Assembly (NCBI GenBank): GCA_963707025.1 | Contig: CAVPOM010000009.1 | Coordinates: forward strand, 352,001-416,000 | Origin: an uncultured Verrucomicrobiae bacterium | GTDB lineage: Bacteria; Verrucomicrobiota; Verrucomicrobiia; Limisphaerales; Palsa-1400 | Direction of reading: 5' to 3' | Length of the DNA: 64,000 nt | Part shown: in pieces, positions 39,390 through 49,286 of the stretch | Position numbering within the stretch: the first letter of the stretch is position 1 | Layout: every line of letters starts with the position of its first letter | Notes under the pieces: generated by a model | What the model was told of the DNA's origin: nothing | Databases searched by the model: none | The model's input: only the letters and a program-made list of their open reading frames with translations | Translations under genes and position numbers: made by a program

Positions 39390-39671
39390 ATGGGCAAAAC
39401 ACCTAAAAAAGCAAAACGAACACCGAGCGCAGCATTCATGAAACCGGTCACGCCAGACGACAAGCTGGCCCTGGTCGTGGGTGACAAACCCCTTCCCCGG
39501 ACCGAGCTGACGAAAAAGCTTTGGGCCTACATCCGCAAGAACGGGTTGCAGGACGCCAAAAAGAGGACCCTGATCAATGCCGATGAAAACCTGAAGGCTG
39601 TGTTCAATGGCAAAAAGCAGGTCAGCATGTTCGAGATGACCAAGCTGGTTTCCGGGCATGTCAAGAAATAG
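39390..39671 (+). CDS. Stand-alone SWIB/MDM2 domain protein
   Basis: AFMKPVTP...LALVVG..PLPRTELTKKLWAYIRKNGLQD...INADENLKAVF.GK..VSMFEMTKLVSGH. Confidence 0.92.
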   Translation: MGKTPKKAKRTPSAAFMKPVTPDDKLALVVGDKPLPRTELTKKLWAYIRKNGLQDAKKRTLINADENLKAVFNGKKQVSMFEMTKLVSGHVKK

Positions 39672-39719
39672 GGGCTGGTGTATGCGGTTGGGGTGCTCAT
39701 GGTTCTGGGAGTGCGAGTC

Positions 39720-40454
39720 ATGAAGGAGAAAATCGTCTTTTGCTGGAGCGGCGGAAAGGATTCCGCTCTGGCTTTGCATCGCTTGCTGGTAGAGGGCCGG
39801 TATGAGGTCGTTTCCCTGCTGACAACATGCAACGAACATTTTCAGCGCGTCTCCATGCACGGCGTGCGTGTTGAACTGCTGGAGCAGCAAGCCCGCGCCA
39901 TCGGCCTCCCGCTGCAAAAAATGTTCGTCAGCCAGCGCAGTTCCAACGACGAATATATGGAAAAGTTGAGGGGCCATTTGCTCGCTTACAAGGCGCAGGG
40001 CGTAACCCGCTTCGCTTTTGGCGATATTTTCCTGGAGGATCTCAAGCGCTGGCGCGAGGAAAACCTGGCACAACTCGACCTTCGCGGTGTTTTTCCAATT
40101 TGGAAGGTGGATTCACGCGAATTGATCCGTGAGTTTATTGCACTTGGCTTTGGTTCGGTCATCTGCTGCGTCAACGACGCTTATTTGGATGAAACGGCTT
40201 TGGGCCGGAACATTGATTCGGATTTCATCCATTGGCTGCCCGCTGATGTGGATCCCTGCGGTGAGAATGGCGAATATCATTCGTTCGCATTCGCCGGGCC
40301 GATCTTCCAACGGCCGGTGCGAATCAAGGTTGGCGAAACAGTCTATCGCCCGGTCGAAGAAACGCACCCAGGCGTAACGTTGGCTGCATGTCCGTTGCCA
40401 GGCACGCGGCAAACCAAAGGATTTTGGTTTTGCGATTTGCTGCCTGCTCTGTGA
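39720..40454 (+). CDS. Diphthine-ammonia-ligase-like PP-loop ATPase (DUF71)
   Basis: WSGGKDS, RVSMHGVR, FGDIFLEDL, VDPCGENGEYHSF. Confidence 0.9.
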   Translation: MKEKIVFCWSGGKDSALALHRLLVEGRYEVVSLLTTCNEHFQRVSMHGVRVELLEQQARAIGLPLQKMFVSQRSSNDEYMEKLRGHLLAYKAQGVTRFAFGDIFLEDLKRWREENLAQLDLRGVFPIWKVDSRELIREFIALGFGSVICCVNDAYLDETALGRNIDSDFIHWLPADVDPCGENGEYHSFAFAGPIFQRPVRIKVGETVYRPVEETHPGVTLAACPLPGTRQTKGFWFCDLLPAL

Positions 40455-40622
40455 ATCGAAAGCGCCTATTTTTGGCGGGCCGGAAAGCTTTGTTGGGCCA
40501 ACCCAGTGTGCCACAGGATCGTCTGCGAAAAATCGAAGACTGACCCGGTTGATACGCTCCATTTTCAGGTTTTGACGGAGAAACGGAGTGCGTTTTGGGC
40601 GAAGTTGTGGCAAGGAGGGGGG

Positions 40623-40952
40623 ATGGATATAAAGAACCTTGGAACTGTGGCGGCGTTTGTCACGAAGGACGGATCGGAGATTCGTGAGCTGCTGACGCAT
40701 CGAAATTCGGCGATCCGCAATCAGAGTCTGGCGGAGGCACGATTGGCCCCCGGCATGAGCACCCAGGAACATTATCACGTCATGACGGAGGAGATTTATT
40801 ACATCACGCACGGGGTGGGACGAATTCGCATCAATGGGGAAGTCCGCGAGGTGGTCAAAGGGGATGCGATTGCGATTTTGCCGGGGCAGAGGCACAAGCT
40901 CTGGAATACGAGTTCGGATGTGATTGAGGAATTCAACTATCGTGCAGAGAAA
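40623..40952 (+). pseudogene. Cupin domain fused in frame to the start of a PAS domain; cut by IS3
   Basis: TKDGSEIREL, QSLAEA, HYH..TEEIYYI..G.G, GDAIAI.PG..HKLWN, then DVIEEFNYRAEK continuing after the IS as LWGRKP. Confidence 0.78.
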
Positions 40953-42446
40953 TGAGCTGGACCCCTATTTTTAGACCACAGGTAAGTTTCGATTTTTGCC
41001 GGTTTGCTGTAGATAAGAAAGAGCAGACTTATGAAAGCAAAACGGAAAAGACACAGTGCGGCCTTCAAGGCCAAAGTGGGATTCGAAGCCCTGGTGGGGC
41101 TGAAGACGGTCGCGCAATTGGCGCGAGAGTATGCGGTGCATCCGGCGCAGGTCACGCAGTGGCGGGCGACGATTCGGGATCACATGCCCGAATTGTTTGA
41201 GCCCGGGCAACCCCGCACGGAGGATCAGGAACAGTTGATTGCCCAACTGCATGAGAAGATTGGCCAACTGACGGTGGACTTGGACTGGCTTAAAAAAAAG
41301 TCCAGGCAACTGGGGCTTTAACATGTTTAATCGCTCCCGATCCGCAGCTCAGCGTGCGGCGCCAGTGCGAGCTGCTGGCGGTGTGCCGTGGCAGTTATTA
41401 TTACCAGTGCTGTCCGGAGACAGAGGAGAACCTGGCGCTGATGCGGCGGTTGGACCAGATGCATTTGGACCACCCGGTTTATGGCAGCCGCAAACTGACC
41501 GTGCTGTTGCGCCGGGAGGGTTTGACCATCAATCGCAAACGGGTGGTGCGGCTGCTGCGGTTGATGGGGATCGAGGCGATTTACGCCAAGCCCAAGACGA
41601 GTCTGCGGGAGATGGGGCACCAGATTTATCCGTATCTGTTACGCAATTTGGCAGTGACGGGACCGGATCAGGTTTGGTGTTCGGACATTACGTATGTGCC
41701 TATGGCAACTGGGTTTATGTATTTGGTGGCGGTGATGGATTGGTGGAGTCGTTACGTGCTGGGATGGCGCTTGAGCAACACGTTGGAGGCGGACTTTTGT
41801 GTGGACGCTTGGGAGGCGGCGTTGCGGGCGGGGCGTCAGGCGCCGTTGATTTCCAATACCGACCAGGGATCGCAGTTCACCTCCCCGATGTTTATCGATG
41901 CGGTGGAATCGGCGGGGGTGGACGTGAGCATGGACGGACGGGGTCGCTGGATGGACAACCGGTTTATCGAGCGGCTGTGGCGGAGCGCCAAGTATGAGGA
42001 CATTTATTTGCAAGACTATGGCGACGGGTTGGCGGCAGGGCGCGGACTGGGCCGGTGGTTTGACGGCTACAACCGGGAACGACCGCACCAGGCGTTGGGC
42101 TATGCGACGCCGGCGGACGCGTATTTTGATCCCGGCACGCATGGAGCCCAACCGGCCAAATGGGAAGCGATGCAACCTGCCAGAGGCAGGAGCGATCGCA
42201 GCACTTGACAGAGAGGCAGGCGGCAGGAAAAGGCTTGAAATCAGACCGCCTGCGGCGGTAGAGTTGAGAACCCTAAGAAAACGGAGAGGGAGGACGGGCA
42301 GTGCTCCGCATCGCTCGTTCTCTCTTTTCGAAAGGGTTTTGAAACACGGAATGAACAGTAGTCAACTACAATTAGTAATGACAGCAATCGGCAAAAGTCG
42401 CGCTTATTTCATGCGCTCCGTGGTCTAAAGGATGGGGTCCACCTCA
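40953..42446 (+). mobile_element. IS3-family element, complete, diverged isoform (1494 bp)
   Basis: IRL TGAGCTGGACCCCTATTTTTAGACCAC, IRR as in copy 1, AAA target duplication. Confidence 0.95.
41031..42208 (+). CDS. IS3 transposase OrfAB (-1 frameshift)
   Basis: orfA 41031-41321, A8G slippery site, orfB DDE motifs WCSDITY/NTDQGSQF/IERLWRS. Confidence 0.93.
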
Positions 42447-43501
42447 AAACTGTGGGGACGCAAGCCAGCGGCAGGGGATTCCAATGAGCGGTTCTGCGGC
42501 GCGTATAAGTTGTTCCACCCGAACGGCAGTTTCATGCCCCACGACAAATGTCCGATGGCCGATGTATTGCAGGGCAAGGTAACGGCGGTGCAGAACGCGG
42601 AAGTGGTCATCGAGCGGCAGGACGGCTCACGGATTACCGCGCTAGTGGATATCCATCCACTGAAGGACAAAAGAGGACAAATCACTGGAGCAATCAATTG
42701 CTTTTACGACATCACTCAGCAAAAGCAGGCTGAAAGGAGGATGCAGATGTTTACTCAAGAAATCGTCGCGGCGCGAGAGGAAGAAAGGAGACGGGTGTCG
42801 GCCGTTTTGCACCACGACGTTGGTTCGTTGGCGGTGGGGATCTCAGCCTATCTTGACGTGATCGAAGATGATGTTCGCTCCGGGAAACCCGGAGGCGCGC
42901 TTAAGTCAATTAATCGGACGCGGAAGGCCTTCGACAAGTCGGTCGCGCGCCTGAAGCGGTTGGCCATTGAAATTCGGCCGACCGAACTTGATCTCCTCGG
43001 ACTCAGCGCCGCCTTGAGGCAACATTGCTCTCGGATTACAAAGCACAGGCGAACCCGGATTCGTTTCAACGAGACACTGCCATGCTCCCGATACCAGCAA
43101 ACGCCGCCACGATCCTGTTCCGGGTTGCGCAGGAAGCGATGACCAATGCCATCAAGCATGGTCACGCGAAGCTTGTGGACGTGGCCCTCAGAACATCGAA
43201 CGAAGAAATTAGTCTGACAATTCGTGATAATGGAAAGGGATTCGATCCGACGGAACAAAGGAGGCGGGAAACGTCCCATTTGGGCCTCCGCATCATGAGG
43301 GAAATGGCAGTTTCCGCCGGAGGCACATTCACCGTTGACTCCGGGCGAGGGAAAGGAACCACGGTGCGTCTGGGCCTGCCAGCCCAAACAGCGGGTTTGG
43401 AGTTGACCGAATCCGCCGTGCAGAAAGAAACGATAGCGCGAGGAAGGGCGCTCTGTTTCACCGGCCGAGGTTCGCGGACGCAGAAAGGCGGGCGCGCATG
43501 A
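42447..43501 (+). pseudogene. PAS-HisKA_3 (NarX/UhpB-type) kinase, 3' part; additional frameshift near 43090
   Basis: LWGRKP..ERFCG..CPMA..GAINCFYDIT PAS; EEERRRVSAVLHHDVG H-box; LFRVAQEAMTNAIKH, DNGKGFD, LGLRIMRE in the next frame. Confidence 0.82.
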
Positions 43502-44154
43502 GCATTCGCGTCGTTATCGCCGATGATCATCCGGTGGTCCGGGACGGGTTGCGCATGGCCATCGAACGACGCGGAAAGGACATCGAAATCGTCGGCGAGG
43601 CTTCTGACGGCATGGAAGTCCTGGAGATTGCGAGGACGAAACCATTCGACGTATTCATCCTCGATATCACCATGCCCAATATGAACGGGATCGAAACCGC
43701 CAGAGAACTGCTCAAGAGGTACCCAGGCGCGAAGATTATCATGTTAAGTCTGAACGACACGAAAGCCATTGTGGAGGAAGCGTTGGCGGTCGGGGTGCGG
43801 GGATTCCTGACAAAGGAGACGGTGACACGAAACGTGGTTGACGCCGTCGTCGAGGTCCACGCGGGACGATACTATCTCAGTCCAACGATCGCCCATTTCG
43901 TCGTTGAGGCGGGACTTTTGGGGAGAAAGGGGGGGCGGGAGCGCCGAGACGCTCCAGTTGCCCTTACCGGGCAGGAGAGGAGAGTGCTGCAACTCATAGC
44001 AGAAGCGCACAGCAACAAGGAAGTCGCCGCTATGCTGGACCTGTCCGTCAACACCGTCCGCGTCCACCGGCACCGCATAATGGCCAAATTGAATATGCAC
44101 AAACAGGCCAACCTCGTCCGCTATGCCATCAAGGCAGGGATTGCCAAACTTTAG
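43498..44154 (+). CDS. NarL/FixJ-family response regulator
   Basis: IADDHPVVRDG, ILDITMP, LTGQERRVLQLIAE..SNKEVA..LDLSVNTV. Confidence 0.95.
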   Translation: MSIRVVIADDHPVVRDGLRMAIERRGKDIEIVGEASDGMEVLEIARTKPFDVFILDITMPNMNGIETARELLKRYPGAKIIMLSLNDTKAIVEEALAVGVRGFLTKETVTRNVVDAVVEVHAGRYYLSPTIAHFVVEAGLLGRKGGRERRDAPVALTGQERRVLQLIAEAHSNKEVAAMLDLSVNTVRVHRHRIMAKLNMHKQANLVRYAIKAGIAKL

Positions 44155-44504
44155 GCCATCCCATCCCATTCCAGATTAACCTCAAACTCCGCCTCATCTA
44201 AGCCTTTTAGACTATCCAGATTAGTCTCAAAATCTTCCTCAGATAGTCCTTTTGAGTTATTTGGCCCTGCCCTTCGTCCTCCGATAGTAGTTGGATGCAG
44301 GACAACAAGAGCACACCGCCGAGATGGGCTGGAGCCTTGGGAAAGAAGCCCAGGAGAACCTCTGGGGGCCGCTTCATGGTTTACGAGTATGAGCGCGGGA
44401 AAGAAACCACTTCTAAAACTCCGTCCAAAACGCGGAAACCACGGTGAGTTTCCGAGTATCACCGAACGTGCTCGCCGCAAAATAATTTCGAAACAACGAA
44501 ACTT

Positions 44505-47210
44505 TTGATCAAACAACCCACATCAGAATCGAAACCCCCGTCAATGCTGCTGGGCGATGAAAACAGTTTCCGCCTTCTGGTGGAAAGCATCAAAGACTGC
44601 GCAATCATCATGCTTGATCCTGACGGACATGTCGTGACCTGGAACGCAGGGGCCGAAAACTTCAAGGGCTATCGTGCCGAGGAGATAATCGGGAAGGACT
44701 TTTCCTGCTTTTATCCTCCGGAGGCCATTGAACGTGGCCTGCCCGAACAGGAGCTTAAGAAGGCAGCAAAGGACGGCCGATTTGAAGATGAAGGCTGGCG
44801 AATGCGGAAGGATGGGAAAAAGTTCTGGGCCAGCGTCATAATTTCGGCGCTACGCGACAAGGACGGCACGCTGCAAGGCTTCTCGAAAGTAACGCGGGAC
44901 CTGCGACTCACGCTGGAGCGAAATAAGGCGGAAAAAGCGCTGCAGGACACCAAGGAGCGGCTGGCGAGCATCATTATTTCCGCGATGGACGCAATCATTA
45001 CGGTGGGGAACGATCAACGGATCGTGCTTTTCAACGGCGCTGCGGAAAAAATGTTCCGCTGTCCGGCGCAAGAAGCAATGGGCGAGAAGATTGACCGCTT
45101 CATTCCGACAAGATTTCGGCCAGCCCATGGCGAGCACCTCCGCGAGTTCGGCGAGACCGGTGTCACTTCACGCAACATGGGAGCGCTGGGCGTCATTTCC
45201 GGGCTCAGGGCGGATGGCGAAGAATTTCCGATCGAGGCTGCAATCTCACAAGTTGAGGTTGCGGGCGAAATACTTTTCACCGTCGTGTTGCGCGACATCA
45301 CTGAGCGTAAAAAGGCGGAAGAGGCTCTCCGGGAATCAGAGTCACGTTTCCGCCAAATCGCCGAATCGTTGCCGCAACTCGTGTGGACCTGCCAACCCGA
45401 AGGCCCGTGCGACTACCTAAGCCGCCAGTGGGTTGAGTTCACAGGATTACCCGCGGCGCAGCAGTTGGGTTTCGACTGGTTCAACCAGGTTCATCCTGAG
45501 GACCGAGCCGGGTTGTCTGGCAGTTGGAACCTCGCCGTCTCGCGCGGCGGCGCGTTCCAATTCGAGTTTCGCTTGCGCCGGCACGACGGCGTCTTTCGTT
45601 GGTTTGATACGCGCGCGGCACCGTTGCGCGATGCGTTGGGAAAAATCGTAAAGTGGTTCGGCACGAACACCGACATCACCGACCGCAAACGAGCGGAGGA
45701 AGAGCTGCGAACGGCGCATGATCACCTCCGGAGGTTTATTGATTCGAATATTGTGGGGATCATTATTACGAACGCGGCAGGAGAGATTCTCGAAGCTAAT
45801 GACTACTACCTCAGGATGATCGGAGCCACGCGCGAGGAGCTACAGGAAAGCAAGATTGATTGGCGGGCCATCACTCCGCCGGAATGGCTGCCGGCTGACG
45901 AGAAGGCGATCATGGAATTGCGGGAGCGGGGGACATGCACCCCCTACGAAAAGGAGTACATTCGGCGAGACGGAACCAGGGTACCTGTATTCCTGGCCGA
46001 TACAATGTTGCCCGGACCAGATGAAAAGATTGCGGCCTTTGCCCTCGACATCACCGAGCGCAAGAAGGCTGAGCCGGCACTGCGGGAGAGCGAGGAGGGC
46101 TTCCGGACGATGGCGGACACCATTCCTCAGCTCGCCTGGATCGCCAAGGCCGACGGCTACATTTTCTGGTATAACCAGCGCTTTTATGAGTACACGGGCA
46201 TGACGCCGGCCCAAATGGAGGGCTGGGGCTGGCAGAGTGTGCATGATCCCGAAATGCTCCCGAAAGTCATGGTAAGATGGAAAGACGCGATCAACACCGG
46301 AAAACCGTTCGAAATGGAATTCCCTCTGCGTGGGGCGGACGGGCGGTTCCGCACTTTCCTGACGCGTGTGCATCCGCTCAAGAACCCGGCGGGACAGGTA
46401 TTGCAATGGTTTGGCACAAACACGGACGTGGATGAGTTGAAGAGAATCGAGGAAAAAGTTCGGCTGCTTAACGCGGACCTGGAGCAGCGTGTGCATGAGC
46501 GCACGGCCCAGCTTGAAGCTACTAACAAGGAACTGGAAGCCTTCTCCTATTCCGTTTCGCATGATTTGCGCGCTCCGGTGCGGTACCTCGCCGGTTTTGC
46601 CGATCTTTTGGCCAAGGCAGCGGGGCCCGCCTTGGCGGGCAAGAGCCTGCATTATCTGAATGAAATCCAAGACTCCGCCAAACAGATGGGTTGCTTGATT
46701 GACGATTTGCTGCTTTTCTCCCGAATGGGGCGGGCCGAGATGAGATTTCAGCCGGTGGACATGAAACGGTTGGTGGAGGAGGTCCAAAAACAACTCGCCC
46801 CGGAAATCAACGGCCGGGATATTCGATGGAAACTGAGATCCTTGCCCGAAGTGCAGGCAGATGGGGCGCTGCTGCGGCAGGTGATGCTCAATCTGCTTTC
46901 GAATGCGGTGAAATTCACGCGGCCGCGCCAGCCCGCCGAGATTGAAATAGGATGCGATAACAGCAGCCGGGAGGAAACAGTTATTTTCGTAAGGGACAAC
47001 GGAGTCGGTTTCGAGATGGAATATGCGAACCAGCTCTTTGGGGTTTTCCAGCGTCTCCATTTAGACGACGAGTTTGATGGCACGGGCATCGGCCTGGCCA
47101 GCGTGCAGCGCATTGTCAACCGGCATGGCGGACGGACCTGGGCTGAAGGCAGGATCAACGCGGGCGCAACTTTTTATTTCTCATTACCGAAAAACCCATC
47201 ATCCACCTGA
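44505..47210 (+). CDS. Five-PAS sensor histidine kinase (phytochrome-type kinase module)
   Basis: Repeated PAS/PAC units, [36 protein letters not shown]...GTGIGLA; start may be 44544. Confidence 0.93.
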   Translation: MIKQPTSESKPPSMLLGDENSFRLLVESIKDCAIIMLDPDGHVVTWNAGAENFKGYRAEEIIGKDFSCFYPPEAIERGLPEQELKKAAKDGRFEDEGWRMRKDGKKFWASVIISALRDKDGTLQGFSKVTRDLRLTLERNKAEKALQDTKERLASIIISAMDAIITVGNDQRIVLFNGAAEKMFRCPAQEAMGEKIDRFIPTRFRPAHGEHLREFGETGVTSRNMGALGVISGLRADGEEFPIEAAISQVEVAGEILFTVVLRDITERKKAEEALRESESRFRQIAESLPQLVWTCQPEGPCDYLSRQWVEFTGLPAAQQLGFDWFNQVHPEDRAGLSGSWNLAVSRGGAFQFEFRLRRHDGVFRWFDTRAAPLRDALGKIVKWFGTNTDITDRKRAEEELRTAHDHLRRFIDSNIVGIIITNAAGEILEANDYYLRMIGATREELQESKIDWRAITPPEWLPADEKAIMELRERGTCTPYEKEYIRRDGTRVPVFLADTMLPGPDEKIAAFALDITERKKAEPALRESEEGFRTMADTIPQLAWIAKADGYIFWYNQRFYEYTGMTPAQMEGWGWQSVHDPEMLPKVMVRWKDAINTGKPFEMEFPLRGADGRFRTFLTRVHPLKNPAGQVLQWFGTNTDVDELKRIEEKVRLLNADLEQRVHERTAQLEATNKELEAFSYSVSHDLRAPVRYLAGFADLLAKAAGPALAGKSLHYLNEIQDSAKQMGCLIDDLLLFSRMGRAEMRFQPVDMKRLVEEVQKQLAPEINGRDIRWKLRSLPEVQADGALLRQVMLNLLSNAVKFTRPRQPAEIEIGCDNSSREETVIFVRDNGVGFEMEYANQLFGVFQRLHLDDEFDGTGIGLASVQRIVNRHGGRTWAEGRINAGATFYFSLPKNPSST

Positions 47211-47215
47211 TATTT

Positions 47216-47716
47216 ATGATCGTCCTTAAACGCATTCTCCTGGTTGAAGACAAGGCCAAAGACGCCGAACTGACACTTCTGGCTCTGGAAGGACATGCCC
47301 TGGCCAACGAGGTCGTCGTCGTCCGCGACGGCGTCGAAGCGCTGGATTTCCTCCACGCCCGGGGCAAATTCTCCGGACGGAGCGATGGCGATCCGGTTGT
47401 GGTGTTGTTGGACGTTAAAATGCCCCGGATGGGCGGGCTGGAAGTGCTGCGCCACGTCAAAGCCGACCCGCGGTTGAAGAAGATTCCGATCGTGATGTTA
47501 ACGTCCTCGCGTGAGGAGCCCGACCTGACGCAAGCCTACGAACTGGGCGCCAATGCCTATGTGGTGAAGCCCGTGGGATTTCAGCAGTTCACCGACGCGG
47601 TTAGCCAAGTGGGCGCATTCTGGGCCGTCCTCAACGAAGTGGCGCGGCCTTCAGGGAAAGAACAAACTTCGGCGCGAGCCGGCGAGGTCATTTCCTCCGT
47701 AAAAAAGAGAGTTTAA
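47216..47716 (+). CDS. Single-domain response regulator (Rcp1/CphB-partner-like)
   Basis: VVRDGVEALDFL, LLDVKMP, IPIVMLTSSREE.D...YELGANAYVVKPV. Confidence 0.92.
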   Translation: MIVLKRILLVEDKAKDAELTLLALEGHALANEVVVVRDGVEALDFLHARGKFSGRSDGDPVVVLLDVKMPRMGGLEVLRHVKADPRLKKIPIVMLTSSREEPDLTQAYELGANAYVVKPVGFQQFTDAVSQVGAFWAVLNEVARPSGKEQTSARAGEVISSVKKRV

Positions 47717-47717
47717 A

Positions 47718-49286
47718 ATGAAGCCCCCAATCCACATCCTGCACTTGGAGGACAATCGAAAGGACGCCGAGATCGTTCAATCCACCCTGGAAGCCGCGGA
47801 CATCTATTGTGCGACCATTTGGGTACGAAGCCACGATGAATTTGTGGCGGCGCTCGAACAAGGCGGCATTGACTTGATCCTTTCGGATTACACTCTGCCT
47901 GGTTTCGACGGGCTGTCGGCGTTGAAAATCGCGCGGGCCAAATGGCCAGCAACACCCTTTGTCTTTGTGTCCGGGACAATGAGTGAGGAGCGGGCCATCG
48001 AGTCGCTCAAGAGCGGCGCGACAGATTATATCCTGAAGGAACGGATGGCCCGGCTCGCTCCGGCGGTACGCCGTGCCATGCAGGAAGTGGCGGATCGGGC
48101 TGAACGCCTGAGGCTGGAGGCGCAGTTTGTCGAAGCACAAAAAATGGAAATACTCGCAAGGCTTGCCGGCGGCGTGGCCCATGACTTTAATAACATCATC
48201 GGGGTCATCATGAGCTATAGCGATTTGACGATTCAGGCGCTCGGTCATGACGAGGTCCTGAAGAGATATGTGGCGGAAATTCACTCGGCGGCCGAGCGCG
48301 CGGTCGGGTTGACAAGGCAATTGCTGATCTTCAGCCGCAAACAGACGATCCAACCCAGCGTCCTGGATCTCAATGTCGTGACGCAGGGATTGGGGAAAAT
48401 GCTTCGGCGGCTCCTTGACGAGAACATCGAAATGACGATTGTTCCCGGCAAGGAAATCGGACGCATCAAGGCCGACGCCGGTTACATTGAGCAAGTGCTG
48501 ATGAACCTGGTCGTCAATGCCCGCGACGCCATGCCCCATGGTGGCAAAATCACCATCGCCACCAACAATGTCACGCTGGATGAGAGTTATGCACGCACGC
48601 ACCCTGGCGCAAGCCCCGGCAACAACGTCATGTTCAGTGTCAGTGACAGTGGAAGCGGCATGACCGACGAAGTCAAATCGCGCATGTTTGAAGCTTTTTT
48701 CACAACGAAACCCGAAGGCAAAGGCACCGGCCTGGGGCTGGCGACCTGCCAAACCGTCGTCCAACAATTTGGCGGTCACATCTGCATTGAGAGTGAGGTT
48801 GGCCAAGGAACGACCTTCAAGATTTATTTTCCGCGGGTCGAGCTGGCGCTTGATGTTAAACCCAAACCGCAGCGGGCCGGGCCATTGCCGCGGGGGACGG
48901 AAACTTTGCTGCTGGTGGAGGATGACCCCGCCTTGCGCCATTTGACCTGTGATGCCCTCAAAGCCCAAGGCTACGACGTACTGCGGGCGAGCAACGGCCA
49001 GGAAGGATTACGGGCGGCACGGGAACTCAATGGTCAGCCCATCGCGCTGGTCATCACCAACGTCGTTATGCCGATTATGGGCGGCAAAGTCATGGCGGAG
49101 TGGCTGAAAACAAGCCATCCCGATCTCAAATTCCTCTTCACCTCGGGCTACCCGGATGACGCCCTCACCGGCATGCGAATGCTCAAGGCAGGATCAGAGT
49201 TCCTGCCCAAGCCTTACACGGCCGCTGCGCTGGTCCGCAAAGTGCGCCAAATGATTGATGCGTCCCCGACTCAAGTTGCCTCGTGA
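47718..49286 (+). CDS. REC-HK-REC hybrid kinase
   Basis: LSDYTLP receiver, [24 protein letters not shown]-terminal REC has ITNVVMP (Asp to Asn). Confidence 0.93.
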   Translation: MKPPIHILHLEDNRKDAEIVQSTLEAADIYCATIWVRSHDEFVAALEQGGIDLILSDYTLPGFDGLSALKIARAKWPATPFVFVSGTMSEERAIESLKSGATDYILKERMARLAPAVRRAMQEVADRAERLRLEAQFVEAQKMEILARLAGGVAHDFNNIIGVIMSYSDLTIQALGHDEVLKRYVAEIHSAAERAVGLTRQLLIFSRKQTIQPSVLDLNVVTQGLGKMLRRLLDENIEMTIVPGKEIGRIKADAGYIEQVLMNLVVNARDAMPHGGKITIATNNVTLDESYARTHPGASPGNNVMFSVSDSGSGMTDEVKSRMFEAFFTTKPEGKGTGLGLATCQTVVQQFGGHICIESEVGQGTTFKIYFPRVELALDVKPKPQRAGPLPRGTETLLLVEDDPALRHLTCDALKAQGYDVLRASNGQEGLRAARELNGQPIALVITNVVMPIMGGKVMAEWLKTSHPDLKFLFTSGYPDDALTGMRMLKAGSEFLPKPYTAAALVRKVRQMIDASPTQVAS

